Positions 56,249-64,000 of a stretch of 64,000 nucleotides of DNA are shown here, piece after piece; position 1 is the stretch's first letter, and the number at the start of each line of letters is the position of its first letter. The stretch is from positions 2,202 to 66,201 of the forward strand of contig DATJWA010000001.1 in assembly GCA_035501555.1 (NCBI GenBank), in the 5' to 3' direction. Position numbers and translations under genes: made by a program. Source of the DNA: Thermoplasmata archaeon (GTDB lineage Archaea > Thermoplasmatota > Thermoplasmata > Lutacidiplasmatales > UBA184). The notes beneath the pieces are model-generated. The model saw nothing but the letters and a program-made list of their open reading frames with translations. It was not told the DNA's origin and ran no database searches.

Positions 56249-57793
56249 TCAGACCACCGGGGTGAGGATCGCGTGCGGCGCGCCCTTCTCCGGGTCCGGG
56301 TTGATGGCGTACAACGTCGTGCGCGGCCGGATCCCGTAGATGCACGGCTGGTTGTCGATGTTGATGACCCGGAAGTACGTGTCCATCATGTTCAGGATCT
56401 CGCTCGAGACGAGGAGCCCCGGTTTCAACAGCCCGATCCCGAGGTTCCCGACGTGCTTGGCGCGCGAGACGCCCTGGAAGTAGAGACGGATGGCGACCTG
56501 GTCGCCCATCAGGCTCTCGAACGTGTCGAAGGCGGTGTACTCGATGAACGGCTTGCGGTCGGGCCCCCCGACGGCCTTCTCGGCGGTGACCATCGCGCGG
56601 AGCGCCTCCTCGCGGCCGTAGCGGGCCATCGGCAGGATGTACGGCTCCTCGGTCTCGTTCGCGGCGTAGTCGGGGATCCGCACGCGCGTGTCGAAGACGT
56701 TCGCCGGAACGTGGCGGACGAGGGTCTCCCGCAGCTTGTCCGGGGACTCGCCCGCGGCGAGCACCGCGATGATCCCGCGCCCCTGGGAGAGGAAGTTCAG
56801 GAAGGTCGGAGTGAACAGCATGTAGTAGTCGTCGATCCCGACGTTGACGTCGACCTCGAAGGCGTTGAAGCTCCCGCGCCGGAACCCTCCGCCGAGCACC
56901 GTGTCGAAGTCCGGGATCCCCGTCGAGTAGAACCGCTCCGGGTCGGTGAACGGCTTCCAGGCCCCGGTCGGGGGGAGCGTGTGGTCGCGGTCGGCGATGC
57001 CGAGCGCCTCGAAGCGGCCGCCGTTCAGCGTGACCGCGTAGCGGGCCCGGCTGATGTTGGTCGCGCGGAGCTTCTCGAGCCGGAGGTGGCGGATCCGCCG
57101 CTCGTCCAGCTCGTCCCGGTTGATCGAGATGAGCCCGTCGACCAGGTACTCGATCCCGCCGGCCTCGGGCTTCTCAAGGATCATCACGACGTCCGTGCTG
57201 GACCCCTCCACGAGGTCCTTCTGCAGGGCCATGACGAACTCTTCCATCTCGAGACCGTACTTGTGGGTCACTCCCTCGAGGGAGTCGATGACGAGCAGGG
57301 ACTTTTCCGGCAGCGCCCGCTCGATCCGGGTGTAGACGTTCTCCACCTCGGGCATCGGGCTCCGCTGGAGCAGCGCCTGGAGGTGGGTGCGGTCGACGCG
57401 CGTCGGCGGTCCGCGCTCCTGGCCGAAGCTGCCGAGGACCTCGCGGCCCGCACGGATCTTGCGCTGCTCGGACTCGGGGAGAGGCTTTTCCCCGCCCGAG
57501 GAGCCGGAGTTGATCGTGTCGAGGAACAGCTTCGCCGCGTCGAGCACGCGGGTCCGCATCTCGGTCGTCTTGAGCCAGGGGAACTGCCGGTAGAGCGCCT
57601 CGTCCCCGACCCGCGTGGACAGGTAGTAGGAGCGACCGGGCTGACCGACCCGCTCGAGGAGCTCGAGCCCGAAGGTCGTCTTTCCTGTGCCCGCCCCGCC
57701 CTTGACGATCAGCGAGCGGCCGCCCTTGCCGCTCAGGAAACCGATGACCTCGGAGGGGACGCCCCCGACGGTGCTGCCCTGGTCCGCACTCAT
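56249..57793 (-). CDS. GvpD-like / KaiC-RecA superfamily double-domain ATPase
   Basis: SLIVKGGAGTGKTT Walker A, YLSTRV, VIDS, YLVDG and LEKLR; degenerate second domain (STGIPDFD..LGGG). Confidence 0.8.
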   Translation of the reverse strand: MSADQGSTVGGVPSEVIGFLSGKGGRSLIVKGGAGTGKTTFGLELLERVGQPGRSYYLSTRVGDEALYRQFPWLKTTEMRTRVLDAAKLFLDTINSGSSGGEKPLPESEQRKIRAGREVLGSFGQERGPPTRVDRTHLQALLQRSPMPEVENVYTRIERALPEKSLLVIDSLEGVTHKYGLEMEEFVMALQKDLVEGSSTDVVMILEKPEAGGIEYLVDGLISINRDELDERRIRHLRLEKLRATNISRARYAVTLNGGRFEALGIADRDHTLPPTGAWKPFTDPERFYSTGIPDFDTVLGGGFRRGSFNAFEVDVNVGIDDYYMLFTPTFLNFLSQGRGIIAVLAAGESPDKLRETLVRHVPANVFDTRVRIPDYAANETEEPYILPMARYGREEALRAMVTAEKAVGGPDRKPFIEYTAFDTFESLMGDQVAIRLYFQGVSRAKHVGNLGIGLLKPGLLVSSEILNMMDTYFRVINIDNQPCIYGIRPRTTLYAINPDPEKGAPHAILTPVV

Positions 57794-57918
57794 GGTGTCT
57801 CCGTGGGATACGGTCGGAGCGATGGACGTGGCGCGCACGAATCCATTCCGTAACCCGAGGATAGGATGGGCAAGCTCGGAAAGTAAAGCTTTCCGTCCCA
57901 CGGGCGCCGCATAACCGG

Positions 57919-60483
57919 TTACCCCGGGGGGGTACGGCGCGCCTCGGCCCGGGCGGCCTCGAGAGCGGACTCGAGGGGCGTGCCGGGCTCGCCGGCGGCG
58001 GTCGCGGCGAGCGGGTTGCCCCCGCCGCGCCCGCCGAAGATCGGCTTGGCCACCTCGAGCAGGCGATGGGCGGCGACCGCCGGCGAGCTCGAGCCGATGA
58101 AGAGGAGTCCCTTGCCCTCCCGCTCCGACGCGAGGATCGCCACCCGCCCGGGCTCGCGGGTCAACAGGCGCGAGAGCTCCTGGAGGTGGTCCCGGTCGAG
58201 GTCGACCTTGGCCGCCACGAACGACACCGGCCCCACGACGAACGTCGCGGAGGGGTCCGCCAAGAGGCGGGCGGCGGTCTGCCCAAGGTCCTCGCGGGTA
58301 CGGGCCTTCGTCATCTTCCGGCCCTCCTCAACCTCCTCCAGCAGGCGGTCGATACCCTCGGGGAGCTTCGCCGGAGGGACCCCGAGACGGCGCGCGGCCT
58401 CCTTGAGGACCTCCTCGTGCTCGTCGCGTACGTCGAGCGCGCGCTCGCCGCTGACGTACGTCAGCCGGACGATCCCGTCCTGGATCCGCTCGACGTCGAG
58501 GATGCCGATCGCACCGACCTCGCTCGTGTGGGTGCAGTGGGTCCCTCCGCACGCCTCGACGTCGAAGCCGGGTACCTCGACCAGCCGCAGGTCCTTTCCG
58601 GGGACGGCGCCGCCCTGGTAGAGCCGGAAGCCGAAGCGTCGCTCGGCCTCGTTGCGCGACTCGAAGTAGCTCTTCACGGGGAGGTCCTGGCGGACGACCT
58701 CGTTCACCCGGCGCTCAACGCGGTGGAGCTCCTCCCGGCTGAGCGGCTTGTAGTGGGTGATGTCGATCCGGGCCGACTCGGGTCCCTTGTAGGCGCCGGC
58801 CTGCCAGACGTGCGGGCCCAGGACCTCGCGCAGGGCGCCGTTCAGGAGGTGCGTCGCGGTGTGGTGCTGCATCAACTGGACCCGCCGCGCCCGGTCGATC
58901 TTCCCGCGGACCCGCTCGCCCGCGTGCCAGGCCGGGGGCTTGTCGAGGCGGTGGAGGACCCACGGGCCCCGGTGGGTCACGTCGACGACGTCGTGCTCCC
59001 CGAGGGAGCCCCGGTCGGAGACCTGTCCCCCTCCGGTGGGGTAGAAGTACGTCCGGTCGAGGACAACGAACGGTCCGTCGACGTGGAGGACGTGCGCCTC
59101 GAACGAATCGGTGTACGGGTCCAGGTAGTACAGGACCTCTGTCGGGGGAGTGCCCGCGGGCGGCTCGGGGAGACCCTCCTCCTTCTCGGTGTAGTCGGTC
59201 GTCGGCACCTCGGAGGCGTGGCGCGCGGCGACCTGGGCGTAGAAGTCCTCGGGGATCGCCGGCGGGTCGCGGAGCTCCTCGACGGCGACCTCCGGGGGGA
59301 CCCCGAGAGAGTCGTACCACTCCAGGAGGTCCGCCGCCGTGATCCGTCCGCCCGTCGCCCGCAGACGCTCCTCGGTCCGACGGATCGTGCCCCGTGCCCG
59401 CTCGATCGCCTCGGCGTACCGCTCGACCTCCGCCTGGACGACCCGATGGAGGTCGTCGCGGTGCTGGCCGACCTCCGGGTACTCGTGCGCCAGGTCGCGG
59501 GCCGCCCGGTCGAGGACGGCCAGGATGTCGGGGGCCTCCGGGGTCTTCTGCAGGATCCGAAGCATCCGCCTCAGGAGCAGTCGGGCGAAGTACCCCTCCT
59601 TGCTGTTCGAGGGGACGACGCCGTCCGTGAGCATGAAGTTCAGGGCCCGCGCGTGGTCGATCAGGATCGCGGTCTCCCGGGGAGGGAACGTGCGGCGTAG
59701 CTCGTCCCAGCCGCTCCCGAAGACCGACTCGTAGGCGCTCTTGGTGCCCTGGCTCGCCCAGACGAACCGCTCGAGCCCGTACCCCGTGTCGACGACCGTG
59801 AGCGGCATCGGCTTGAGCTGGTCGCCGCTCCGCGTGTATTCCATGAACACGAGGGTGGCGAGCTCGAGCCCCGCGGCCCCCACGCTCAGCGACGGGCCGA
59901 GGTTCCCGCCCCCCTCCCAGACCTCTTCCTTGTAGGTGATCGAGGTCGGCTCGCACCCGAGCTGCTCGGTCAGGAGCTCGTGGCAGAGCTCGGTGCATCG
60001 GTCCTTGAAGTAGACCTCGTGGTCCGGGCGGTTGAAGGCGTGGTGGGCCATCATCTCGAACACGGTCAGGTGGCGGCCGCTCCGCCCGACCTCCTCGAGG
60101 TCGATGAACCGCAGGCACGGCTGGCTGATCACGAGCGGGTTTGCGGGGGGCGGGATCGCTCCGCTGGTCACCCAGGGCTGGAAGTCGTAGACCGAGGCCT
60201 GGGTGAAGAACACGTCGTTCCGCCATCGCGCGACGGTCGGGTACCGACGGATCCGGGTGTGTCCGCGCGCCTCGAAGAACGATAGGAACGTCTCCCGCAT
60301 CTCGTCCAGGCCGTACGGGCGACGGAAGATCGGGTGACCGATGAACCCGTACTCTCGGCACGGGGCCTCCTGGCAGCGGTCGTGCGTTCCCAGGCTCCAG
60401 AACGCGGAGCCGCAGACCGTGCAGGTCTGCCGACGGAACCCGTGGGTGCGGAAGAACGGGAGCTCGTACTCGGCCGCGTCCAT
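57919..60483 (-). CDS. alaS: Alanine--tRNA ligase (archaeal type)
   Basis: N-terminal CxxC..FW, ARWR.D, QP.LR, GRH...FEM..HHAFN, DTGYGLER; editing domain HHTATH and CGGTH. Confidence 0.96.
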   Translation of the reverse strand: MDAAEYELPFFRTHGFRRQTCTVCGSAFWSLGTHDRCQEAPCREYGFIGHPIFRRPYGLDEMRETFLSFFEARGHTRIRRYPTVARWRNDVFFTQASVYDFQPWVTSGAIPPPANPLVISQPCLRFIDLEEVGRSGRHLTVFEMMAHHAFNRPDHEVYFKDRCTELCHELLTEQLGCEPTSITYKEEVWEGGGNLGPSLSVGAAGLELATLVFMEYTRSGDQLKPMPLTVVDTGYGLERFVWASQGTKSAYESVFGSGWDELRRTFPPRETAILIDHARALNFMLTDGVVPSNSKEGYFARLLLRRMLRILQKTPEAPDILAVLDRAARDLAHEYPEVGQHRDDLHRVVQAEVERYAEAIERARGTIRRTEERLRATGGRITAADLLEWYDSLGVPPEVAVEELRDPPAIPEDFYAQVAARHASEVPTTDYTEKEEGLPEPPAGTPPTEVLYYLDPYTDSFEAHVLHVDGPFVVLDRTYFYPTGGGQVSDRGSLGEHDVVDVTHRGPWVLHRLDKPPAWHAGERVRGKIDRARRVQLMQHHTATHLLNGALREVLGPHVWQAGAYKGPESARIDITHYKPLSREELHRVERRVNEVVRQDLPVKSYFESRNEAERRFGFRLYQGGAVPGKDLRLVEVPGFDVEACGGTHCTHTSEVGAIGILDVERIQDGIVRLTYVSGERALDVRDEHEEVLKEAARRLGVPPAKLPEGIDRLLEEVEEGRKMTKARTREDLGQTAARLLADPSATFVVGPVSFVAAKVDLDRDHLQELSRLLTREPGRVAILASEREGKGLLFIGSSSPAVAAHRLLEVAKPIFGGRGGGNPLAATAAGEPGTPLESALEAARAEARRTPPG

Positions 60484-60626
60484 GGACGGCGCGCCGACGC
60501 TCCCTGCACATTAAGCGATTCGGTCCCCGCTCCCCCGAGAGGACTCCCGCCGTTCCGGCCCCGGAACGCGCTCCCGGGGCGACCCGTGCGTCTTATGCTC
60601 GAGGGAGGTCGAGAGGAGGGCTGCCC

Positions 60627-61859
60627 ATGTCCTCCCTGTCGCCCCGCACGGTCCGCCGCTCGACCGCCCTCCTCATCGCGCTCCGCGTCGGCTACGCCTA
60701 CAACTGGTTCTCGATCGGACCCGCGCTTTTGGCCGTCGGGTCGACCTTCTCCGTCGGTCCCGCCGATTGGGGCCTCCTCATCGCGGCGTTCCTCGCCGGC
60801 GCCGGGGCCCTCCAGGTGCCCGCTGGGCTCCTCTCGCGACGCTACGGGGCCCGCGCGGTCTCGCTCGGCGGGGTCGCCCTGCTCGCCGTGGGCGCGAGCG
60901 CGAGTGCGCTATCGACCAGCTTCCCCGAGCTGCTCGCCCTCCGTCTGCTGGCGGGAGCCGGCGCCGGCCTCTTCTTCTCGCCCGCGATCGGCCTCGTGGC
61001 CAGCCTTTATCCGGCCGGGCGGCGAGGCGTCCCCGTCGGCACGTTCAGCTCGGCGTTCAGCGCCGGCGCCGCCCTCGGGATCCTCGGCAGCTCCCTCCTC
61101 GTCCCCGCGGTCGGCTGGCGTCTCGCTCTCGGGCTCGGCGGGGTCGCGCTCGGACTGATCACCGTCCTCGCCTTCCTGCTCATCCCCCGGGAGGCGGGGG
61201 CGCCCGAACCGTCGGTGTCGACCCGGGGGGTCCCGGCGGCCCTGCGGCTGCGCGCGGTCTGGGCCCTCGGGTTCGCGTTCATCGGTTTGGAGGGGGCGAC
61301 GTTCGCCACGAGCCAGTTCGTGGTGCCGTACGGGGAGACGGTCCTCGGCTGGTCGGCGCTGCTCGCCGGGGCGGTCGCGATGATGTTCGTCCTCCCGAGC
61401 GTGGTCGGCGGCCCAATCGGCGGAGCGTTCGCCGAACGGTACAGGAATCACCGGACCCAGCTCGTGGCCGCGACCGCGACCGGCGCGGCGGTGCTGGTCG
61501 CCCTGCCCTACGCGGGCGTGGCGGTCGCCGTCGGGGTCGGCGTGGTGTTCTCGTTCGCCTACGGGTTCGTCTACGCCGTCATGTACGTGATCCCGCACTA
61601 CTGGAGCGGCCTGCCGGCCTCCGAGGTCCCGCTCGGCATCGGCCTGTTCAACTCGATGCAGCTCGCCGGCGGGGCCGGGGTCTCGGCCCTGTTCGGCTGG
61701 GTCGTCGCCCAGAGCTCGTACGCGACCGGGTGGACGATCCTCGCCGGCGTGGTCGTCCTGACCCTGGTCGCCCTCGTCGCGATGCCGCCGACCTTCCCGT
61801 CCGCGGCCGGTCCGCCGCTCTCGGGGGAGCCCGCCCCGCCCGGAGCGCCCGGCCCGTAG
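60627..61859 (+). CDS. MFS transporter
   Basis: About 12 TM helices; G.LS.RYG.R motif A; R.LAG.GAG. Confidence 0.88.
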   Translation: MSSLSPRTVRRSTALLIALRVGYAYNWFSIGPALLAVGSTFSVGPADWGLLIAAFLAGAGALQVPAGLLSRRYGARAVSLGGVALLAVGASASALSTSFPELLALRLLAGAGAGLFFSPAIGLVASLYPAGRRGVPVGTFSSAFSAGAALGILGSSLLVPAVGWRLALGLGGVALGLITVLAFLLIPREAGAPEPSVSTRGVPAALRLRAVWALGFAFIGLEGATFATSQFVVPYGETVLGWSALLAGAVAMMFVLPSVVGGPIGGAFAERYRNHRTQLVAATATGAAVLVALPYAGVAVAVGVGVVFSFAYGFVYAVMYVIPHYWSGLPASEVPLGIGLFNSMQLAGGAGVSALFGWVVAQSSYATGWTILAGVVVLTLVALVAMPPTFPSAAGPPLSGEPAPPGAPGP

Positions 61860-62490
61860 CGCAGAGGTCCTCGATCGGACAGACGGGGCACCGCGGGCCC
61901 ACCGGCCGGCAGACGTTCTGCCCGTGCTGCACCAGGAGCGGGTTGACGGGGATCCAGTACTTCGGGTCGACCTCCGCCGTGAGGCGCCGCTCCGTCTCCT
62001 CCGGGGTCCGGGTCCGGACGACGCCGAGGCGGTTCGCGATCCGGTGGACGTGCGTGTCGACCGGGATCGCCGGGATCCCGTAGCCGAAGACCAGGACGCA
62101 GTTGGCGGTCTTCGGCCCGACGCCCGGCATCGAGGTGAGCTCGTCGAACGTTCGGGGCACGACCCCGTGGAACCGGTCGCGCACCTCCTCGGCGACCCGT
62201 CGCAGGACGCGTGCCTTGGTGTGGTAGAACCCGGTGCCGTGGATCAGCTCCTCCACGGAAGAGGTCGGGGCCCGGGCCAGCGACTCCGGGTCCGGGTAGC
62301 GGGCGAACAAGCGTGCGCTGGCGACATCGGTCGCTTCGTCCCGTGTCCGTTGCGAAAGGATCGTCCCGATGAGCACCTGGAACGGGTTCTCGGCGTGGTC
62401 GCGCAGGTAGGGGACTCGCCAGTCACCGGTATGGTAGAAGGTGCTCAACCGGTCGAGCAGGGTATCCCACGGGAACTCGCGCCCGTTCAT
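61648..62490 (-). CDS. nth: Endonuclease III (HhH-GPD glycosylase, 4Fe-4S); C-terminus overlaps the MFS gene
   Basis: PF..LI.TILSQ.T.D, PGVGPKTA, VDTHV.R, C-x6-C-x2-C-x5-C. Confidence 0.92.
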   Translation of the reverse strand: MNGREFPWDTLLDRLSTFYHTGDWRVPYLRDHAENPFQVLIGTILSQRTRDEATDVASARLFARYPDPESLARAPTSSVEELIHGTGFYHTKARVLRRVAEEVRDRFHGVVPRTFDELTSMPGVGPKTANCVLVFGYGIPAIPVDTHVHRIANRLGVVRTRTPEETERRLTAEVDPKYWIPVNPLLVQHGQNVCRPVGPRCPVCPIEDLCATGRALRAGRAPPRAADRPRTGRSAASRRGRPGSGRPRRRGSSTRSRTSSGRRPSRTGPRPRPRRRAASS

Positions 62491-63908
62491 CGCCGGTCCC
62501 CGCGTCCGACCGGCGGGCTCTCGACCCCCGGGTCGGAGAGGTCGGGTTCCTCGCCGTCGCTCTCCTGCAGGAGCTCCCCGACCAGGTAGTCGCTCCCGAC
62601 CACGAGGGTGAACCCGTCCGGGCCGGTCGCCGCCCGTGCGAGGTGGACCCCCTCCTCCGCGGTCCGGGCCTCGACGATCCGGGGGAACCGTCCGACGCCG
62701 TGCACCCGGAGCTCGGAGGCGGGGACGGAGCGCGCCGACCGGACCGGTACCACGACGAGGGTCCGGGCCAGCGGACTTAGGGCGTCCAGGATCCGGTCGA
62801 CCTCCTTCCCGCGTAGGGAGCCAAAAACGATCGCGCTCTCCGAGGGCTCGGCGAGCGGGAGCAGCTCGCCCAGGCTCTCGGCGACCGCCCGCGCGCTCTC
62901 GGGGGTGTGGGCGACGTCGTAGAACAGGTCCGGTCGCTGCGCCACGCGCTGGAGCCTCCCGGGCCAGCGCACCGCGGCGAGCCCCCGGCGCGTCGCTTCG
63001 GCCGAGAACGGGCGGCCGACCGCGGTGAGAAAGCGGACCGCCGCGGCGACCGCGAGGGTCACGTTCTCCGCCTGGAACGTCCCCCAGAGCGGAAGCTGCA
63101 GGTCCTCGACCGTCACGGCGGGGAGCCGGACGTCCAGCCGCTGTCCCCGCTCGGAGAGCGAGCGGTGGTCGAAACCGACCTCGCGGCCGAGGTGCCAGAG
63201 GGGTACCCCCGCGCGGCCCGCCGCCGCCTCCACGACCGCCGCCGCCCCCGTCGGGAGGCGGCCGACCACCCCAGTCATCCCGGTATGTAGGATGCCGGAT
63301 TTTTCTCCCGCGATCGCCTCGACCGTCGGGCCGAGCAGCTCGGTGTGCTCGAGCTCGATCGTCGTAAGGACGCCGACCCGGCTGTCGAGGACGTTGGTCG
63401 AGTCGAGCCGGCCGCCGACCCCGACCTCGATCACCGCCGCCTCGACGTGCTGGCGGGCGAACCAGTCGAACGCCAGCACGGTGGTGACCTCGAAGAACGT
63501 CGGGGCGCGGTCGATCGCACCGCTCGCCTGGAGGCGGGCGGCGGTCTCGTCCACGCGGGCCACCCCCTCGACCACCGACTCCCGGTCGATCGGGACCCGG
63601 TCGACCTGCATCCGCTCTCGGTAGCTCGCGAGGTGCGGCGAGGTGAAGAGGCCCGTCCGCAACCCGTGCGCCCGCAGGACCGCCTCGGCGAACGCCGCCG
63701 TGGACCCCTTGCCCTTGCTGCCGGTGAGGTGGACGGAAGGAAAGGCGCGTTCCGGATGGCCGTGGTCGGCGAGGATCGCACTCACGACCTCGAGGCCCGG
63801 GCGGATGCCGAACCGACGTCGAGCGAACAGCGAGTCGAGCGTCGCCCGATAGGCCCCGACGGGCTTCGCCGGGGTCGCGCGGGCCCCGGTCCGTCTCTTC
63901 AGCGCCAC
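62487..63908 (-). CDS. folC: Folylpolyglutamate synthase / dihydrofolate synthase
   Basis: H.TGSKGKGS, FTSPHL....ER, FE..T, EVG.GGRLDSTN, WPGR, D.AH, GS.YLVG. Confidence 0.92.
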   Translation of the reverse strand: MALKRRTGARATPAKPVGAYRATLDSLFARRRFGIRPGLEVVSAILADHGHPERAFPSVHLTGSKGKGSTAAFAEAVLRAHGLRTGLFTSPHLASYRERMQVDRVPIDRESVVEGVARVDETAARLQASGAIDRAPTFFEVTTVLAFDWFARQHVEAAVIEVGVGGRLDSTNVLDSRVGVLTTIELEHTELLGPTVEAIAGEKSGILHTGMTGVVGRLPTGAAAVVEAAAGRAGVPLWHLGREVGFDHRSLSERGQRLDVRLPAVTVEDLQLPLWGTFQAENVTLAVAAAVRFLTAVGRPFSAEATRRGLAAVRWPGRLQRVAQRPDLFYDVAHTPESARAVAESLGELLPLAEPSESAIVFGSLRGKEVDRILDALSPLARTLVVVPVRSARSVPASELRVHGVGRFPRIVEARTAEEGVHLARAATGPDGFTLVVGSDYLVGELLQESDGEEPDLSDPGVESPPVGRGDRR

Positions 63909-63923
63909 ACCCGATGGAGCCGC

Positions 63924-64000
63924 TCAGTAGGTGGACCGTTCGCGGTAGGAACCATAGACGTCCTGGAAGGCGTGGACGACCTCGCCGAGCGTCGCGCGGG
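63924..64000 (-). CDS. C-terminal fragment, probably methylmalonyl-CoA mutase family large subunit (partial)
   Basis: Minus frame reads RATLGEVVHAFQDVYGSYRERSTY*, matching the ATLGE....VFG.Y.E terminus of acyl-CoA mutase large subunits. Confidence 0.65.
   Translation of the reverse strand, partial: RATLGEVVHAFQDVYGSYRERSTY

Noticed and set aside
57794..57918. Fluoride or other known riboswitch
   Set aside because: Consensus elements are not matched and the downstream gene is unrelated.

Overview
A very GC-rich archaeal core-genome segment, most likely from a Thermoplasmata. The evidence is GGGP/DGGGP/CDP-archaeol synthases, a tRNA-intron endonuclease, RPA plus its associated protein, DTD2, an archaeal AlaRS, the AroA'/AroB' shikimate route, a surface protein with thermopsin-like domains, and TATA boxes about 25-30 nt before leaderless starts. 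About 60 CDS are supported. I found no rRNA, tRNA, CRISPR array or mobile element. The centrepiece is a 15-gene, tightly overlapping superoperon (30026-45070) encoding aspartate -> aspartate semialdehyde -> chorismate -> tryptophan. It is preceded by an unannotated 23-codon ORF ending Trp-Leu-Trp-stop and by mutually exclusive hairpins that either sequester or free the first gene's Shine-Dalgarno. This is a candidate ribosome-mediated Trp attenuator in an archaeon, and the operon's TrpE appears to lack both Trp feedback motifs. Other non-coding features are a TPP riboswitch before a thiamine ABC transporter and a box C/D guide sRNA. Also notable are a diiron HDO-family oxidase divergent from a CoA-transferase/acyl-CoA dehydrogenase pair, an orphan wHTH-fused DNA methyltransferase, DUF2070 inside an ether-lipid operon, and a GvpD-like ATPase without gas-vesicle genes. 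All calls come from motif recognition and hand folding. No database search or folding program was run.
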